A stretch of DNA of 63,596 nucleotides, filler included, from Anaerolineae bacterium (GTDB lineage Bacteria > Chloroflexota > Anaerolineae > B4-G1 > DUEL01), in NCBI GenBank assembly GCA_041082215.1. It is 14 parts of 14 records of this genome, joined end to end, with 100 filler letters (N's around TTAATTAATTAA, not from the genome) between each part and the next. Parts side by side here need not be neighbours in the genome. Positions count along the whole stretch, not along the records: positions 37,747 to 39,794 come from JBDOIF010000136.1; positions 39,895 to 41,167 come from JBDOIF010000140.1; positions 41,268 to 45,442 come from JBDOIF010000147.1; positions 45,543 to 47,391 come from JBDOIF010000150.1; positions 47,492 to 48,835 come from JBDOIF010000039.1; positions 48,936 to 57,208 come from JBDOIF010000169.1; 8 more parts are not named here. The stretch is one strand, 5' to 3'. Position 1 is the stretch's first letter. Each line of letters begins with the position of its first letter. A program made the position numbers and the translations under genes. Positions 39,463 to 49,919 of the stretch are shown here, piece by piece. The notes beneath the pieces are model-generated. The model was not told where the DNA came from. It made no database searches and saw only the letters and a list, made by a program, of their open reading frames with translations.

Positions 39463-39954
39463 ATCACGAAAAGAAATAGAATAGACAAGTAAGCGGCGGC
39501 TTGTGCCGCCGTGAGCGGGCAAGGATAACGGGGGGGCGGCGGCAGACCTGCCCGCCCGCACCCGACCACCGCGGCGGGCAGGTTGTCAAGCCGCCGGGCG
39601 GCTTGACAATCCGCTCGCCCCCCCGCACCCCCCAGCCTTCCAGCCAGCGCGGTTTTCCGCCGCAGTGTAGCGGCGGGCAAGGCTCACCCCCCCGCCGCCC
39701 CCCGCCCCCGCACCCCCACCCCCAGGCATCCCCCCCCGCATATGTACCCATCTATGAGCGGGGGCGGGGGTTGCTCTTGGGGGGGTTCGCCCTGNNNNNN
39801 NNNNNNNNNNNNNNNNNNNNNNNNNNNNNNNNNNNNNNTTAATTAATTAANNNNNNNNNNNNNNNNNNNNNNNNNNNNNNNNNNNNNNNNNNNNAGCGCG
39901 CGGCGGCGGTTCTTTATAAGATATATCTTGCTTCTTACATCAACCGTCGCGGCA

Positions 39955-39982
39955 ATTATAGCCGCCCGCCCCGCCCTGTCAA
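39955..39982 (-). promoter_or_regulatory. Consensus sigma70 promoter pointing to the contig end
   Basis: Minus strand TTGACA (39982-39977), 16 nt, TATAAT (39960-39955). Confidence 0.6.
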
Positions 39983-40347
39983 GTACCTTGTTCCGGGGGC
40001 TTGCGCAGCGGATCGGGGGAGCGGACCGCAAGGTATTGGGCGGATCAGCGGTTGGGCCACAGGATCCTGTGGTCTGGGGGGCTGCAGTCGCCGGGTCGTG
40101 GGGTTGGGACCGGTTTTTCGGGTCTTTGCGGGGGCCGGAGGAGCCGAATCTGCGCAGCGGGTGGCGGAAGGATGCGCAGCGGGTGGGCGTGGGGAGCCGA
40201 AGGCAGGGGGCTGCAGGCGCGGAGGGAGCGGGATGGGCTCGTCCGTGACGCGGGAGCCGTCCCCTTGGGGGTGCTGGGCGCAAACGTCACCTGTCCCCCA
40301 GCCATCGGCTTCAGCCAGGAGTTGGGGCTCCGTCGAGCGGGCACTGT

Positions 40348-41167
40348 TCAGTTGCTGGCCAGGTCGCTAGCCTCCCTCACCAATCGGCCCAGGGTGCGCA
40401 GATTGAGAAGGAAATCCGCCAGCCGGATATCCTTGCGAGCGCGCTCCAGGCCGAAGGAGCGCATCCTTTTCAGCCCCAAGCCTTGGATCAGGCCGTTGCG
40501 ACTCTCTGAGAGATTGCGCCGTCCATATCTGGCCTTCCAGGCCTCACTGCCGTAGGGGATCTCCCGAGCAAGGCGCACCGAGCCGTTGGGGAAGGCCAGC
40601 CCCACATTGCGCACCTGGCCCAGGGGATGGGAGGGGTCCAGGTAGGGGCAGCCGGATGGCGGCGACACTGGCTCCCCCTCTCGGCGAGGACGGCGCCGAC
40701 ACGTCTGGTTGCACACCCACTTGGTCCGACGACGCTGGCGATCGTAGCCGTTTGGGTGCATCACGTAGCCATGGGCGCAGAGGGGATATCCTCGGCCCTC
40801 GTAGCCTCGCCGCAGGCACACTTCGAAGTCACCATCACCCTTGTCGGCACGGATATCCACCATCCTTAGTGCCCCCAGCGCCCAGATTGCCTTCAAGCAC
40901 TCCTCGAATCCCACTCCCGAGTCGTCCAGCCACTCCCCGATCTTGAGCCATGGGAGGTGGAGTTGGAGCCAGGCCAGCCCCTTCAGGAAGAGGGTGCGCT
41001 CATCGCTGGTGGCCGGGTACAGGTCGCTTGCCACCGTCCAGGCAACGAACCAACGGTCGTCCAGGACCCGGTTGGCCACACCGCGGTAGCCGAAGACGTT
41101 TCTGCCGCTGCCCTTCTTCTCCCCGTCGCCGCTCTCCCGGGGATCGTCAGGCCCGACGGCTTTGCTG
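40348..41167 (-). CDS. DDE transposase, C-terminal part (family uncertain, IS4/IS5/IS1182-like)
   Basis: Frame open to the contig end; VFGYR, WLDDSG and Y.RR..SE..NG motif. Confidence 0.6.
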
Positions 41168-41267
41168 NNNNNNNNNNNNNNNNNNNNNNNNNNNNNNNNN
41201 NNNNNNNNNNNTTAATTAATTAANNNNNNNNNNNNNNNNNNNNNNNNNNNNNNNNNNNNNNNNNNNN

Positions 41268-42540
41268 GCGGCTGACCGCCACGATGACCGAGGTGGGGGC
41301 AGGGAAACTGGGCCTGCGGGGGCAACTGGTCTCCACAGATGAGGTGGGCCGATTGACCATAGCCTTCAACCAGATGGTGAGCCAGCTGGAAATGCTCCAC
41401 GCTGGCCTGGAGGAACAGGTGGCCCAGCGGACCGCCGATCTGGTTTACCGTACCCGGCAACTGGAGGCCGCCGCCTATGTGGCCCGTCGGGCGGCGGAGA
41501 TCCGCGACGTGGACACCCTTCTGAACGAAACCGTCCGCCTGATCTCCGACCGCTTCGGTTTCTATCACGCCGGCATCTTCCTGCTGGATGAGGCAGGGGA
41601 GTACGCCGTCCTGAGGGCCGCCTCCTCGAAAGGGGGGCAGCGCATGCTGGCCCGGGGCCACCGGCTGGCCGTGGGGAAGGTGGGCATCGTCGGCACTGTG
41701 GCCGGGACAGGATTGCCCCGCATCGCCCTGGACGTGGGGGAGGACGCGGTCTTCTTCGACAACCCCGACCTGCCGTTGACCCGGTCGGAGTTGGCGTTGC
41801 CGTTGAAGGTGGGTGAAAGGGTCGTCGGTGTGCTGGATGTGCAGTCGGAGGAGTCGGCCGCCTTTACCGAGAGGGATGTAGCGGTGCTGCAGACGATGGC
41901 CGACCAGATCGCCCTGGCCATCGAGAACGCCCGCCTGCTGGGCCAGATGCAACGGGCGGTGCAGGAGCTGGAGCGGCTCTATGGAGAGTATACCCAGGAG
42001 GTATGGCGCTCTCCGGCCCGGCAGGCTGGTGGGTTGCTGGGCCTCCGTTACCGTTATCCGCTGGTTGAACCGTTGCAGGATGTGCCAGAAGAGGCCCGCC
42101 GGGTCCTCTCGGAGGGCCGCTCGGCGGTCTACCCCATCCGCGAGGAGGGGGACGGTCGGGTTAGCGGCGCCCTGCTGGCCGTACCGGTCAGGCTGCGCGG
42201 CCAGACGATCGGCGCGCTGAACATCCGCTTCGCCGTCGGGGAGCCGCCGCCGGAGGCCGTGCGGCTGGTGGAAGAGGTCGCCGACCGGCTGGCCCTGGCC
42301 CTGGAGAATGCCCGCCTGCTACAGGAATCCCGACAGCGGGCGGTCTGGGAGCAGACCCTGGCCCGGATCACCGACCGCATCCGCGCCGAGGCGGAGATCG
42401 AAAGCATCCTCGAACGGGCCCTGGAGGAGCTGGGGTATACCCTGGGCGCCGAGCGGGCCTATGTCCAACTGACCGGCCTGGCCGCTCCGCCGGCGACCCC
42501 GGTCAGAGGAGGCGACGGCGGGCAGGAGGTACTGCGATGA
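41268..42540 (+). CDS. HAMP-GAF-GAF signalling protein, 5'-truncated
   Basis: DEVG.L..AFNQM HAMP; FGFYHAGIFLLD...RSELALPL...LDVQS...ADQIALAIENARL. Confidence 0.85.
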
Positions 42541-44282
42541 AAAGACCGGTCCTGCTGATTTCGGAAAAAGAAGAACCTCCGGTTGTGGAGGTGGAAGAGG
42601 AAAGGGAGCCGGAAAGCGAGGCCATCCGTCGCCCCCTTGCCCGGCTGAGCGATTGGCAGGAGCGCATCATCCGGGGCCTGCTCCTGGCCGTCTCCGTCTT
42701 CGGCCTGGTGGTCCTGATCGCCGAATGGCCTCTGGTGGCCGCCCAGGGACGCCCCGACATTCTGGCCGTGATCGTCACCATCTACGTGGTCGTCCTTGCC
42801 CTTACCTTCGGCCCCGCCATATCGTACCATGTCCGTGCCATCTCCTTTGTCGTGCTGTTCTACCTGGCGGGTCTTTTGGACCTGACGCAGTCGGGTCTGA
42901 GCGGGGATGGGCGTGTCTTCCTGCTGGCCTTCCCGCTGCTGACGCTGATCCTGATGGGGGGGCGGGCCGGGATCGGCGCTCTCGTCCTCAGCCTGCTCAC
43001 CGTCGCCGGCATCGGCTGGATGATGGTCAACGGCCTCATCGTGCCGGCCTTCGAGCCCCGCTCCAACGAGGGCCTTCCCTGGGTCACCGGCTTCTTTGTC
43101 TACCTGCTGCTGGCTATAGCGGTGCTGGCCCCCTCCCGTTATGTGATCGAGAACCTGACCCGGAGCCTGGGACGCGCGCTGGAGGACGCCCACCGCCGCT
43201 GGCAGGAGGTGCGTCAGCTCAGCCTGGGCCTGGAACAGCAGGTGGAGGAACGGACCGCTGCCCTGAGCCGCCGGACGAGTCTGCAGGAGGCTGCGGCTCA
43301 GGTGGCACGCAGGGCCGCAGCGGTCCGGGATGTGAACCGGCTGCCGGAGGAGATAGCCCGGTTGATCTCCGAGCATTTCGGCCTCTACCATACCGGCGTC
43401 TTCCTCCTGGACTCTGCCGGGGAATGGGCGGTCCTGAAGGCTGCCTCCTCTGAAGAAGGCCTGCAGTTGTTGCAACGCGGCTATCGCCTCCCGGTGGGGG
43501 GAGAGGGTCTGGTGAGCGCCGCAGCGGCGACGCGAAAGGCTCAGATTGGCGGGGGAGAGGTAGCCCCGTCCTTCCCCCGCACCCGTTCGGAGATGGCCCT
43601 GCCTATGGAGGTCTATGGGCGGATCATCGGCGTGCTCGACCTCCATTCTGAGGAAGGAGGGGCCTTTGTTGAGGAGGATGTCGCCGTTCTGCAGGTGATG
43701 GCCGATCAGTTGGCGCTGACCCTTGAGAACGCCCGTCTGCTGGCAGAGGCTCAGGGGGCGCTGGAGCGCCTCAGCCGGTATCGGGTGGAGGAGACGCTCG
43801 CTGCCTGGCGAAAGGCCCTCCTCCGCCGCGGGATCCAGCTTTCTTATATGTATGACCAGACAAGCGTCCGCCCCCTCCCTCCCGACTCGGTCCCGTTGCC
43901 GGGCAACGAAGTGCCTCGGGAAATGGCCGTTCACTCTCTGCCGGATGGCCGTTCCCTGCTCACGGTGCCCATCCGGGTTTATGATCAGACCATCGGTTTC
44001 CTTTCCTTCGAAGCGCAGAGGGCCTGGGACAGGGCTGAGATCGCGCTGGCAGAGGCGGCGGCCCGTCAGTTAGGACTGGCGCTGGAGAACGCCCGGCTGC
44101 TGGAGGAAACGCGCCTGCGGGCGGAGCGGGAGCGGCTCATCGCCGGCATCACTGCCCGGGTCCGCGCCTCCGCCGACGTGGAGGCCATCCTGCGGACCGC
44201 TGTGCGGGAGATCGGAGCGGCCCTGGGCACCGATCGGACGTTCGTGCAGTTGAGCGGGGGTGTGGGTGGAAAGGATCAGTAG
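42537..44282 (+). CDS. Membrane-anchored GAF-domain protein
   Basis: About six TM segments followed by two GAF domains paralogous to its neighbours. Confidence 0.85.
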   Translation: MKRPVLLISEKEEPPVVEVEEEREPESEAIRRPLARLSDWQERIIRGLLLAVSVFGLVVLIAEWPLVAAQGRPDILAVIVTIYVVVLALTFGPAISYHVRAISFVVLFYLAGLLDLTQSGLSGDGRVFLLAFPLLTLILMGGRAGIGALVLSLLTVAGIGWMMVNGLIVPAFEPRSNEGLPWVTGFFVYLLLAIAVLAPSRYVIENLTRSLGRALEDAHRRWQEVRQLSLGLEQQVEERTAALSRRTSLQEAAAQVARRAAAVRDVNRLPEEIARLISEHFGLYHTGVFLLDSAGEWAVLKAASSEEGLQLLQRGYRLPVGGEGLVSAAAATRKAQIGGGEVAPSFPRTRSEMALPMEVYGRIIGVLDLHSEEGGAFVEEDVAVLQVMADQLALTLENARLLAEAQGALERLSRYRVEETLAAWRKALLRRGIQLSYMYDQTSVRPLPPDSVPLPGNEVPREMAVHSLPDGRSLLTVPIRVYDQTIGFLSFEAQRAWDRAEIALAEAAARQLGLALENARLLEETRLRAERERLIAGITARVRASADVEAILRTAVREIGAALGTDRTFVQLSGGVGGKDQ

Positions 44283-44321
44283 TTCGCCTGCGGACTCGCC
44301 GTGGGGTTGAGGAGAGAGGCG

Positions 44322-45442
44322 ATGCAAGAGCAACCTGTGCATTTGAGAAGGATGAGATGGGATATTGGCCGTAAGCTGGCGTTTGCCTCTTTGCTGATGT
44401 TCCTGCTTGCCCTTATCGTCGGAGGCTTTGGCCTCTGGCAGGTTCTGCTCCTGGGGCGTGTGGCAGAAGAGACAGCCCGGGTGGAGCAGCAAAGGGCAGC
44501 CTCGCTGGAGCTGCTGGCCAGTGGCCGCCGGCTCATCGCCGCACTGGACAAGATGTTGGCTTTCAGAGACGTCTCCCTGGCCAGCACAGAGATCCCGGTG
44601 GCGATGGGTTCGATGAAATACTACATCGGCTCTCTTGAAAGCGCTGGCCTGGGGGAGGAGCAGGGAGATTTGGTAAGAGGGCTGCGGACAGCTTACAACA
44701 ACCTGCTACGGGGGGTCAGCGATGTGGATAAGTTTGCCCGGCAGGGCCGCTGGACCGACGCCTCTGCGGTGATGGGGCAGAGGGTGCGGCCGGCATACAG
44801 CGAACTGGCCCTCTATATCCGGCGGCAGGCGCTCTACTCTCTGGAGACGGCGGCGGCAGCGCGGGCGCAAACCCAGATGGTGTCTCAGCGGGCAATTGTG
44901 ATCGCGGTGGTCCTCCTGGCGGGGGGTATGGCGATCGCTCTGGGCTGGCGGCAGGTTGTGTTCCAGCAGATCGTCCATTCCATTGGCCAGCTACGCCAGG
45001 GGGTGGCCCGTATCGCCAGCGGCGATCTGACCTACAGGCTGTATATCCGGACGGGGGATGAGATCGAGGAGCTGGGAAGCGAGTTCAACAAAATGGCGGC
45101 CGAGCTGAAGGGGATGGTGGATACCCTGGAGGAACGCGTGGCCGAGCGGACACGGGCGCTGGAGCGGCGTGCCCTTCAGTTGGCGGCGTCGGCAGAGGTG
45201 GCGCGGGAGGCGGCGGCAATCCGGGATGTGGGGAAACTGCTGGACCGGGTGGTCCGGCTGATTTCGGAGCAGTTTGGGTTCTACCATGCAGGTGTGTTTC
45301 TGCTGGATGAGGGGAAAGAGTACGCGGTGCTGCGGGCGGCGTCGTCGGAGGGTGGTCAGCGGATGCTGGCGCGTGGGCACCGGCTGAAGGTTGGGGAGGT
45401 AGGGATTGTGGGATGGGTGGCGGGGACGGGACGGCCGCGGGT
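44322..45442 (+). CDS. TM-sensor-HAMP-GAF protein, 3'-truncated
   Basis: Two TM segments flanking a helical sensor; DEIEELG.EFNKM HAMP; GAF nearly identical to that of 41268-42540. Confidence 0.85.
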
Positions 45443-45542
45443 NNNNNNNNNNNNNNNNNNNNNNNNNNNNNNNNNNNNNNNNNNNNTTAATTAATTAANN
45501 NNNNNNNNNNNNNNNNNNNNNNNNNNNNNNNNNNNNNNNNNN

Positions 45543-46451
45543 GTGGGCCTGCAGATAGGCCAGGTACTCACCAACTGGCGTGTCTATCGGATAGGTCTGC
45601 GGTTCCCCACGGAATGCCCAGACCGTGTATTCCGTCGCTCCGCTCATCCGGTCCTGATAGACGACGACGCGCTCAAAGGCGTCGGGGGGCGCGGCCAGGA
45701 GGTCGGCGACGATTTGCTCTGGAACGTGGCCCTCCAGGATGATGCGGTCACCGACGAAGACGGTCAGGTGGGATTGGAAGTCAGGTGGCACGCCGAGTTC
45801 ATCGCTGCGCGCCAGGAGTTCCGTCCGGTTGGCCGGGTCGTTGAGGTAGTCCTTGTAAGCCGGTTCCGGAAGGCCAGCCCGGCGCAGGAGCGGGACCACT
45901 CTCTCCTGGACATACTCCAGGCAGTCCGCGCAGGCCCGGTTGTAGTAGACGACGACCGATCCCGCTGATGAGCCAGGAGACGGGTCGGACGGCGATGACG
46001 GTGCCGAAGCCTCCCTGTCGGGAGCCACGACGGTCACGCGCAGGGTGATCGCCACTTCTGGCCTTTCGGGGTCGCTGGAACGGATGTAGACCTGACGGAG
46101 GAAGGTGCCCGTCTCCCCGCCGTGAGTCCTGGGGTCAAAGGTCATGGTCAGGCGGGTGCTTCCACCGGGCGGAAGGCGACGGCTATCCACCCCGGCGGTG
46201 GTACAGCCGCAGGAAGTGCTGACACCGACGATGTCCAGCAGTCCCTTACCGACGTTGCGGATTTCAAAGGTCCGGGAGACCGGCGCTGTGTTTGGGATGG
46301 TGCCCAGGTCGGCCTCAGTCGTGCCCAGTTCTATCCGCCCTGGGGCACTGCCAACCGTGCATCCGGCAAGCAAGAGAAGAAGAAACAGTGTACCAGCAAA
46401 CCACAAAACAGGAACGCGGTTACGAATTGGTAGTTGCCCGGCCTTCATCAT
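45543..46451 (-). CDS. DUF1573-domain lipoprotein with a thioredoxin-like CxxC domain, 3'-truncated
   Basis: Lipobox LAGC, N.G...L.I..V.TSCGCT, CADC, LEGHVP. Confidence 0.65.
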
Positions 46452-46460
46452 CACCCCCGG

Positions 46461-47282
46461 TCAGGCAGAATGGGCTGCGACGGGCCTGATACCCGGCCGG
46501 AGGCTGATCCACCCCACAACGACCAGGTACAACCCGTAGGCCAGAACTTCCAGAAGGGAGGGGTTGCCATTGTAGCCAAACAGGGCCTTCAGGAATTCGC
46601 CCGGCAGGCTGTTCTCGTCCAGGACCGGATTGAGGTCCCACACAGGTTGAACCAGGACGGGGAGCAGGGCGGCCTCCTGGAATTCGTGGACGCTGCGGGC
46701 GACCAGCCCGGCCGCGAAGAGGAGTAGAAGGATGCCGGTGATGCGGAAGAAGGCCCGGATGTTGAGCCGCCTGCCCGCCGCAAAGATACCCCACCCCAGG
46801 CCGATGGCAATGTCCAGCCCCAGGATGCCGCCGATGAGGGTCTGGACAGGGGGGGTGGTAAACAGCGCGGCGTTCAGAAAGAGGGCCGTCTCTATCCCCT
46901 CCCGGACGACTGCCACGAAGGTCAGGCCAAAGAGGCCCCAGGCGCTCCCCCGGGCCGCCGTCCGGCGGACGTCCCGTTCCAGAGAAGCCTGGATTTCCCG
47001 CCCCCGGCGCCCCATCCAGAGAATCATCCAGGTCAGCACTGAGGCCGCCACCAGCATGGTCGCGCCCTCAAAGATTTCCTCGCTGCGGCCCTCCAGCGCG
47101 ACGCCCAGACCCCGGAGGGCCAGCCCGCCAGCCAGGCTGAGGGCGACGGCCGCCACCACACCGGCCCAGGCCGGACGAATCAGGTCCTGCCGTTGCAGGC
47201 GGTAAAGAACGCCCAGCACAATGCCGACGATCAGAGCGGCCTCCAGCCCTTCCCTCAGCGTGATGAGCAAAGACGGAAGCAT
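46461..47282 (-). CDS. FTR1-family high-affinity iron permease
   Basis: Two RExxE motifs (REGLE, REGIE), HEFQE, LFGY. Confidence 0.9.
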   Translation of the reverse strand: MLPSLLITLREGLEAALIVGIVLGVLYRLQRQDLIRPAWAGVVAAVALSLAGGLALRGLGVALEGRSEEIFEGATMLVAASVLTWMILWMGRRGREIQASLERDVRRTAARGSAWGLFGLTFVAVVREGIETALFLNAALFTTPPVQTLIGGILGLDIAIGLGWGIFAAGRRLNIRAFFRITGILLLLFAAGLVARSVHEFQEAALLPVLVQPVWDLNPVLDENSLPGEFLKALFGYNGNPSLLEVLAYGLYLVVVGWISLRPGIRPVAAHSA

Positions 47283-47491
47283 TTCTCCTCCCTGCTGTGA
47301 GTATAAACCTGCAGGCGCGGGCGAATCGCCCGATGCGTCAATCTTCATGAGAATACACCAACGGGAGAGCCCCAGGTAGCGCCGTTTACCCNNNNNNNNN
47401 NNNNNNNNNNNNNNNNNNNNNNNNNNNNNNNNNNNTTAATTAATTAANNNNNNNNNNNNNNNNNNNNNNNNNNNNNNNNNNNNNNNNNNNN

Positions 47492-47990
47492 GGTCTTCCA
47501 GGATTTCAACGTCTTCCCCCATAAGACAGCGCTGGAGAACATCATTGAGGCACCGGTGATCGTCAAGGGGGTGCCGAAGGAGCAGGCGGTAGAGAAGGCC
47601 CGGGAACTGCTGCGCAAAGTGGGGCTGCTGGATAAGCAGGATGTCCACCCCATCCGCCTCTCCGGAGGGCAGAAGCAGCGCATCGCTATCGCCCGCGCCC
47701 TGGCGATGGAGCCGAAGGTCATGCTCTTTGACGAGCCGACTTCGGCGCTGGATCCTGAACTCATCGGCGAAGTGCTGGCGGTGATGAAGGACCTGGCCCG
47801 GGAAGGGACGACGATGATTATCGTCACTCACGAGATGGGCTTTGCCCACGAGGTCGCCGACCGGGTCATCTATATGGAAGGGGGTGTGCTGGTAGAGGAA
47901 GGCCCACCGGACCAGATTTTCACCTGCCCCAAAGACCCCCGGACCTGCCAGTTTCTGGCCCGGATTATTGAGAGTGGGCGTCTGGTGTAG
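47492..47990 (+). CDS. Polar amino-acid ABC transporter ATPase (GlnQ-like), 5'-truncated
   Basis: [46 protein letters not shown]. Confidence 0.92.
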
Positions 47991-48041
47991 GGGCAACCCT
48001 TGCGGTTGCCCTGTTGGGGCAGGGGCAAGCTCTGTCCTTAC
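47987..48041. repeat. GTAG-type REP-like palindromic doublet
   Basis: GTAGGGGCAACC-cttgc-GGTTGCCC...GGGGCAGGGGCAAGCTCTGTCCTTAC. Confidence 0.55.
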
Positions 48042-48050
48042 CGATCTGCG

Positions 48051-48835
48051 ATGAATCCACATACCCGAAAACTGCTCCGGCTCTCTGCTCACCCTGGCTC
48101 CCCGCCCATGTGGTTTCTCCCCCTCTGGGCGACAGTCTGCGGCGCGGTGGCTGCAGCGGCCGAACCGCCCACTATGATGGGCATCGCGCGGTTGATCCTG
48201 GCGCTGTTCCTGGTGGAATTGGGTTGGGGGGAACTGTGGCTGGCGCTGACAGCGACCGACTGGGCCACCCCGTTGGGCCGCTGGCAGCGGTGGAAGTACG
48301 AGTTTTCCCGCTCCTCCGCCAGTGACGCCGTTACCGAGGGAAACAAACCCGCCCTTCCCTATGCCCGCCCCAATTCCCCGGCGGACCGGCTGGCTCGCTG
48401 GCTATCTCAACTGACTTCCTGGGGGCGGATGGTTTTCCTTCCCCTGGCCGGTCCGGCTCTGGGAAGCGCCCTGGTGGGCCTCCTGCTCTCCCTGGCCCTC
48501 TCTGCCGTTCTGGGCCGCGATTTTCTCCTGCTTACGCTGGGCATCCTGGCCTCTGCTCAACTGGTGGCCGTCGCCTCGGGAGGACGCGGGGAGGCTGGCC
48601 CGGGCGCGGGGCTGGCCTTCCGGGTAGGGCTGGGCTGGCTGGCCGGCCACCTGACCTTTGTTCCACTTTCTCTTCCCTCGGCGGTCCTGGCAGGGGTGCT
48701 CTCCCTGGCCGCCTCTGGCGCGGAGGATTCTTCGCGCAAGATAAATCTTGCGCTGCCGCCACGTCGGGCCCTCTGGGTGGGTGGCTCTCTGGGCGCGATG
48801 CTCCTGCTGGTGGTGCTCCACCGCCCGCTGGTCGT
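48051..48835 (+). CDS. Hypothetical membrane protein, 3'-truncated
   Basis: Long hydrophobic ORF with no motif recognised. Confidence 0.55.
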
Positions 48836-48935
48836 NNNNNNNNNNNNNNNNNNNNNNNNNNNNNNNNNNNNNNNNNNNNTTAATTAATTAANNNNNNNNN
48901 NNNNNNNNNNNNNNNNNNNNNNNNNNNNNNNNNNN

Positions 48936-49917
48936 GCCGACGCCGGGGCCTCACCAGCTCCGCCTTGCGGTCGAGGTAAAGGATTGGGACGCGTCCGTCG
49001 GCGTTGATGTCGTCAACGAATTTGCTCTGGTCATCAGACTTCTCCGGGATGAGAGGCTGATTGACGAAGGGGTCATCGTCTCGGCAAAGGGCTTCAGCAG
49101 GCCGGCCCGGGATGCGGCCCGGACCCACGGCATCTGTCTGCTGGAACTTGCCGATCTGGAGCGGGGACAACCCGTACCCCTTCCCCCACAGCCACCAGCC
49201 CTGATTCCCGTAGAGGAGCCTGAGACCCTCCTCATCCCCCCCGGCCCCTTCTGGATGGGCAGCGCCGAGGGCGACCCCCTGGCCGGCCCCAACGAAGTGC
49301 CCCGCCATCGGCTGGAGCTCCCGGCTTACCGGATCGGCCGGTATCCGGTGACCAACCTCCAGTACGCCTGCTTCATCCGGCAGACAGGATACCGGCCGCC
49401 GGAGCACTGGAAAAATGGGGAGTTCCCTCAGGGCCTGGAAGACCACCCCGTGGTGCAGGTGAGCTACGAGGACGCCCTGGCCTACTGCGTGTGGCTCAGC
49501 ACGGTCACCGGCAAGCACTACCGGCTGCCCACCGAGGCGGAGTGGGAGAAAGCGGCGCGGGGCGGCCTGCCCGAGACGCGGCGGTATCCCTGGGGCGATG
49601 AGTGGGAGCCGGATCGCTGCAACACAAAGGAACTGGGGAAGGGCAGGACGACCCCCGTGACCGAATTTGAGGCGGTCAACCGCAGCCCCTTCGGGGCCGT
49701 GGATATGGCCGGGAACGTGTGGGAGTGGACGGGGAGCTGGTACGAGCCGTATCCCGGCTCTTCCCACGAAAGCCTGCACTATGGCCAGACCCACCGCGTT
49801 GTGCGGGGCGGATCGTGGAAAAACGACTGCCAAGCAGCGCGGGTCTCCTGCCGGGGGCGGTATCCGCCCACGGTTCGACGGCCCTATCTGGGCTTTCGGG
49901 TGGTACAGGAGGGATAG
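48936..49917 (+). CDS. Mrr-like restriction endonuclease domain fused to an FGE-sulfatase (CLec-fold) domain, 5'-truncated
   Basis: Frame open from the contig start: LAVEVKDW...VGVDVVNEF...GVIVSAKGFSRPARDAA, Pro linker, then PGPFWMGS, HPVV.VS, RLPTEAEWEKAARG, DMAGNVWEW, RGGSW, GFR. Confidence 0.8.
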
Positions 49918-49919
49918 CG

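Noticed and set aside
49255..49917. FGE-sulfatase domain as the proven DGR target
   Set aside because: It lies on a different contig from the RT, and I found no matching template repeat in the window. It remains only a candidate.
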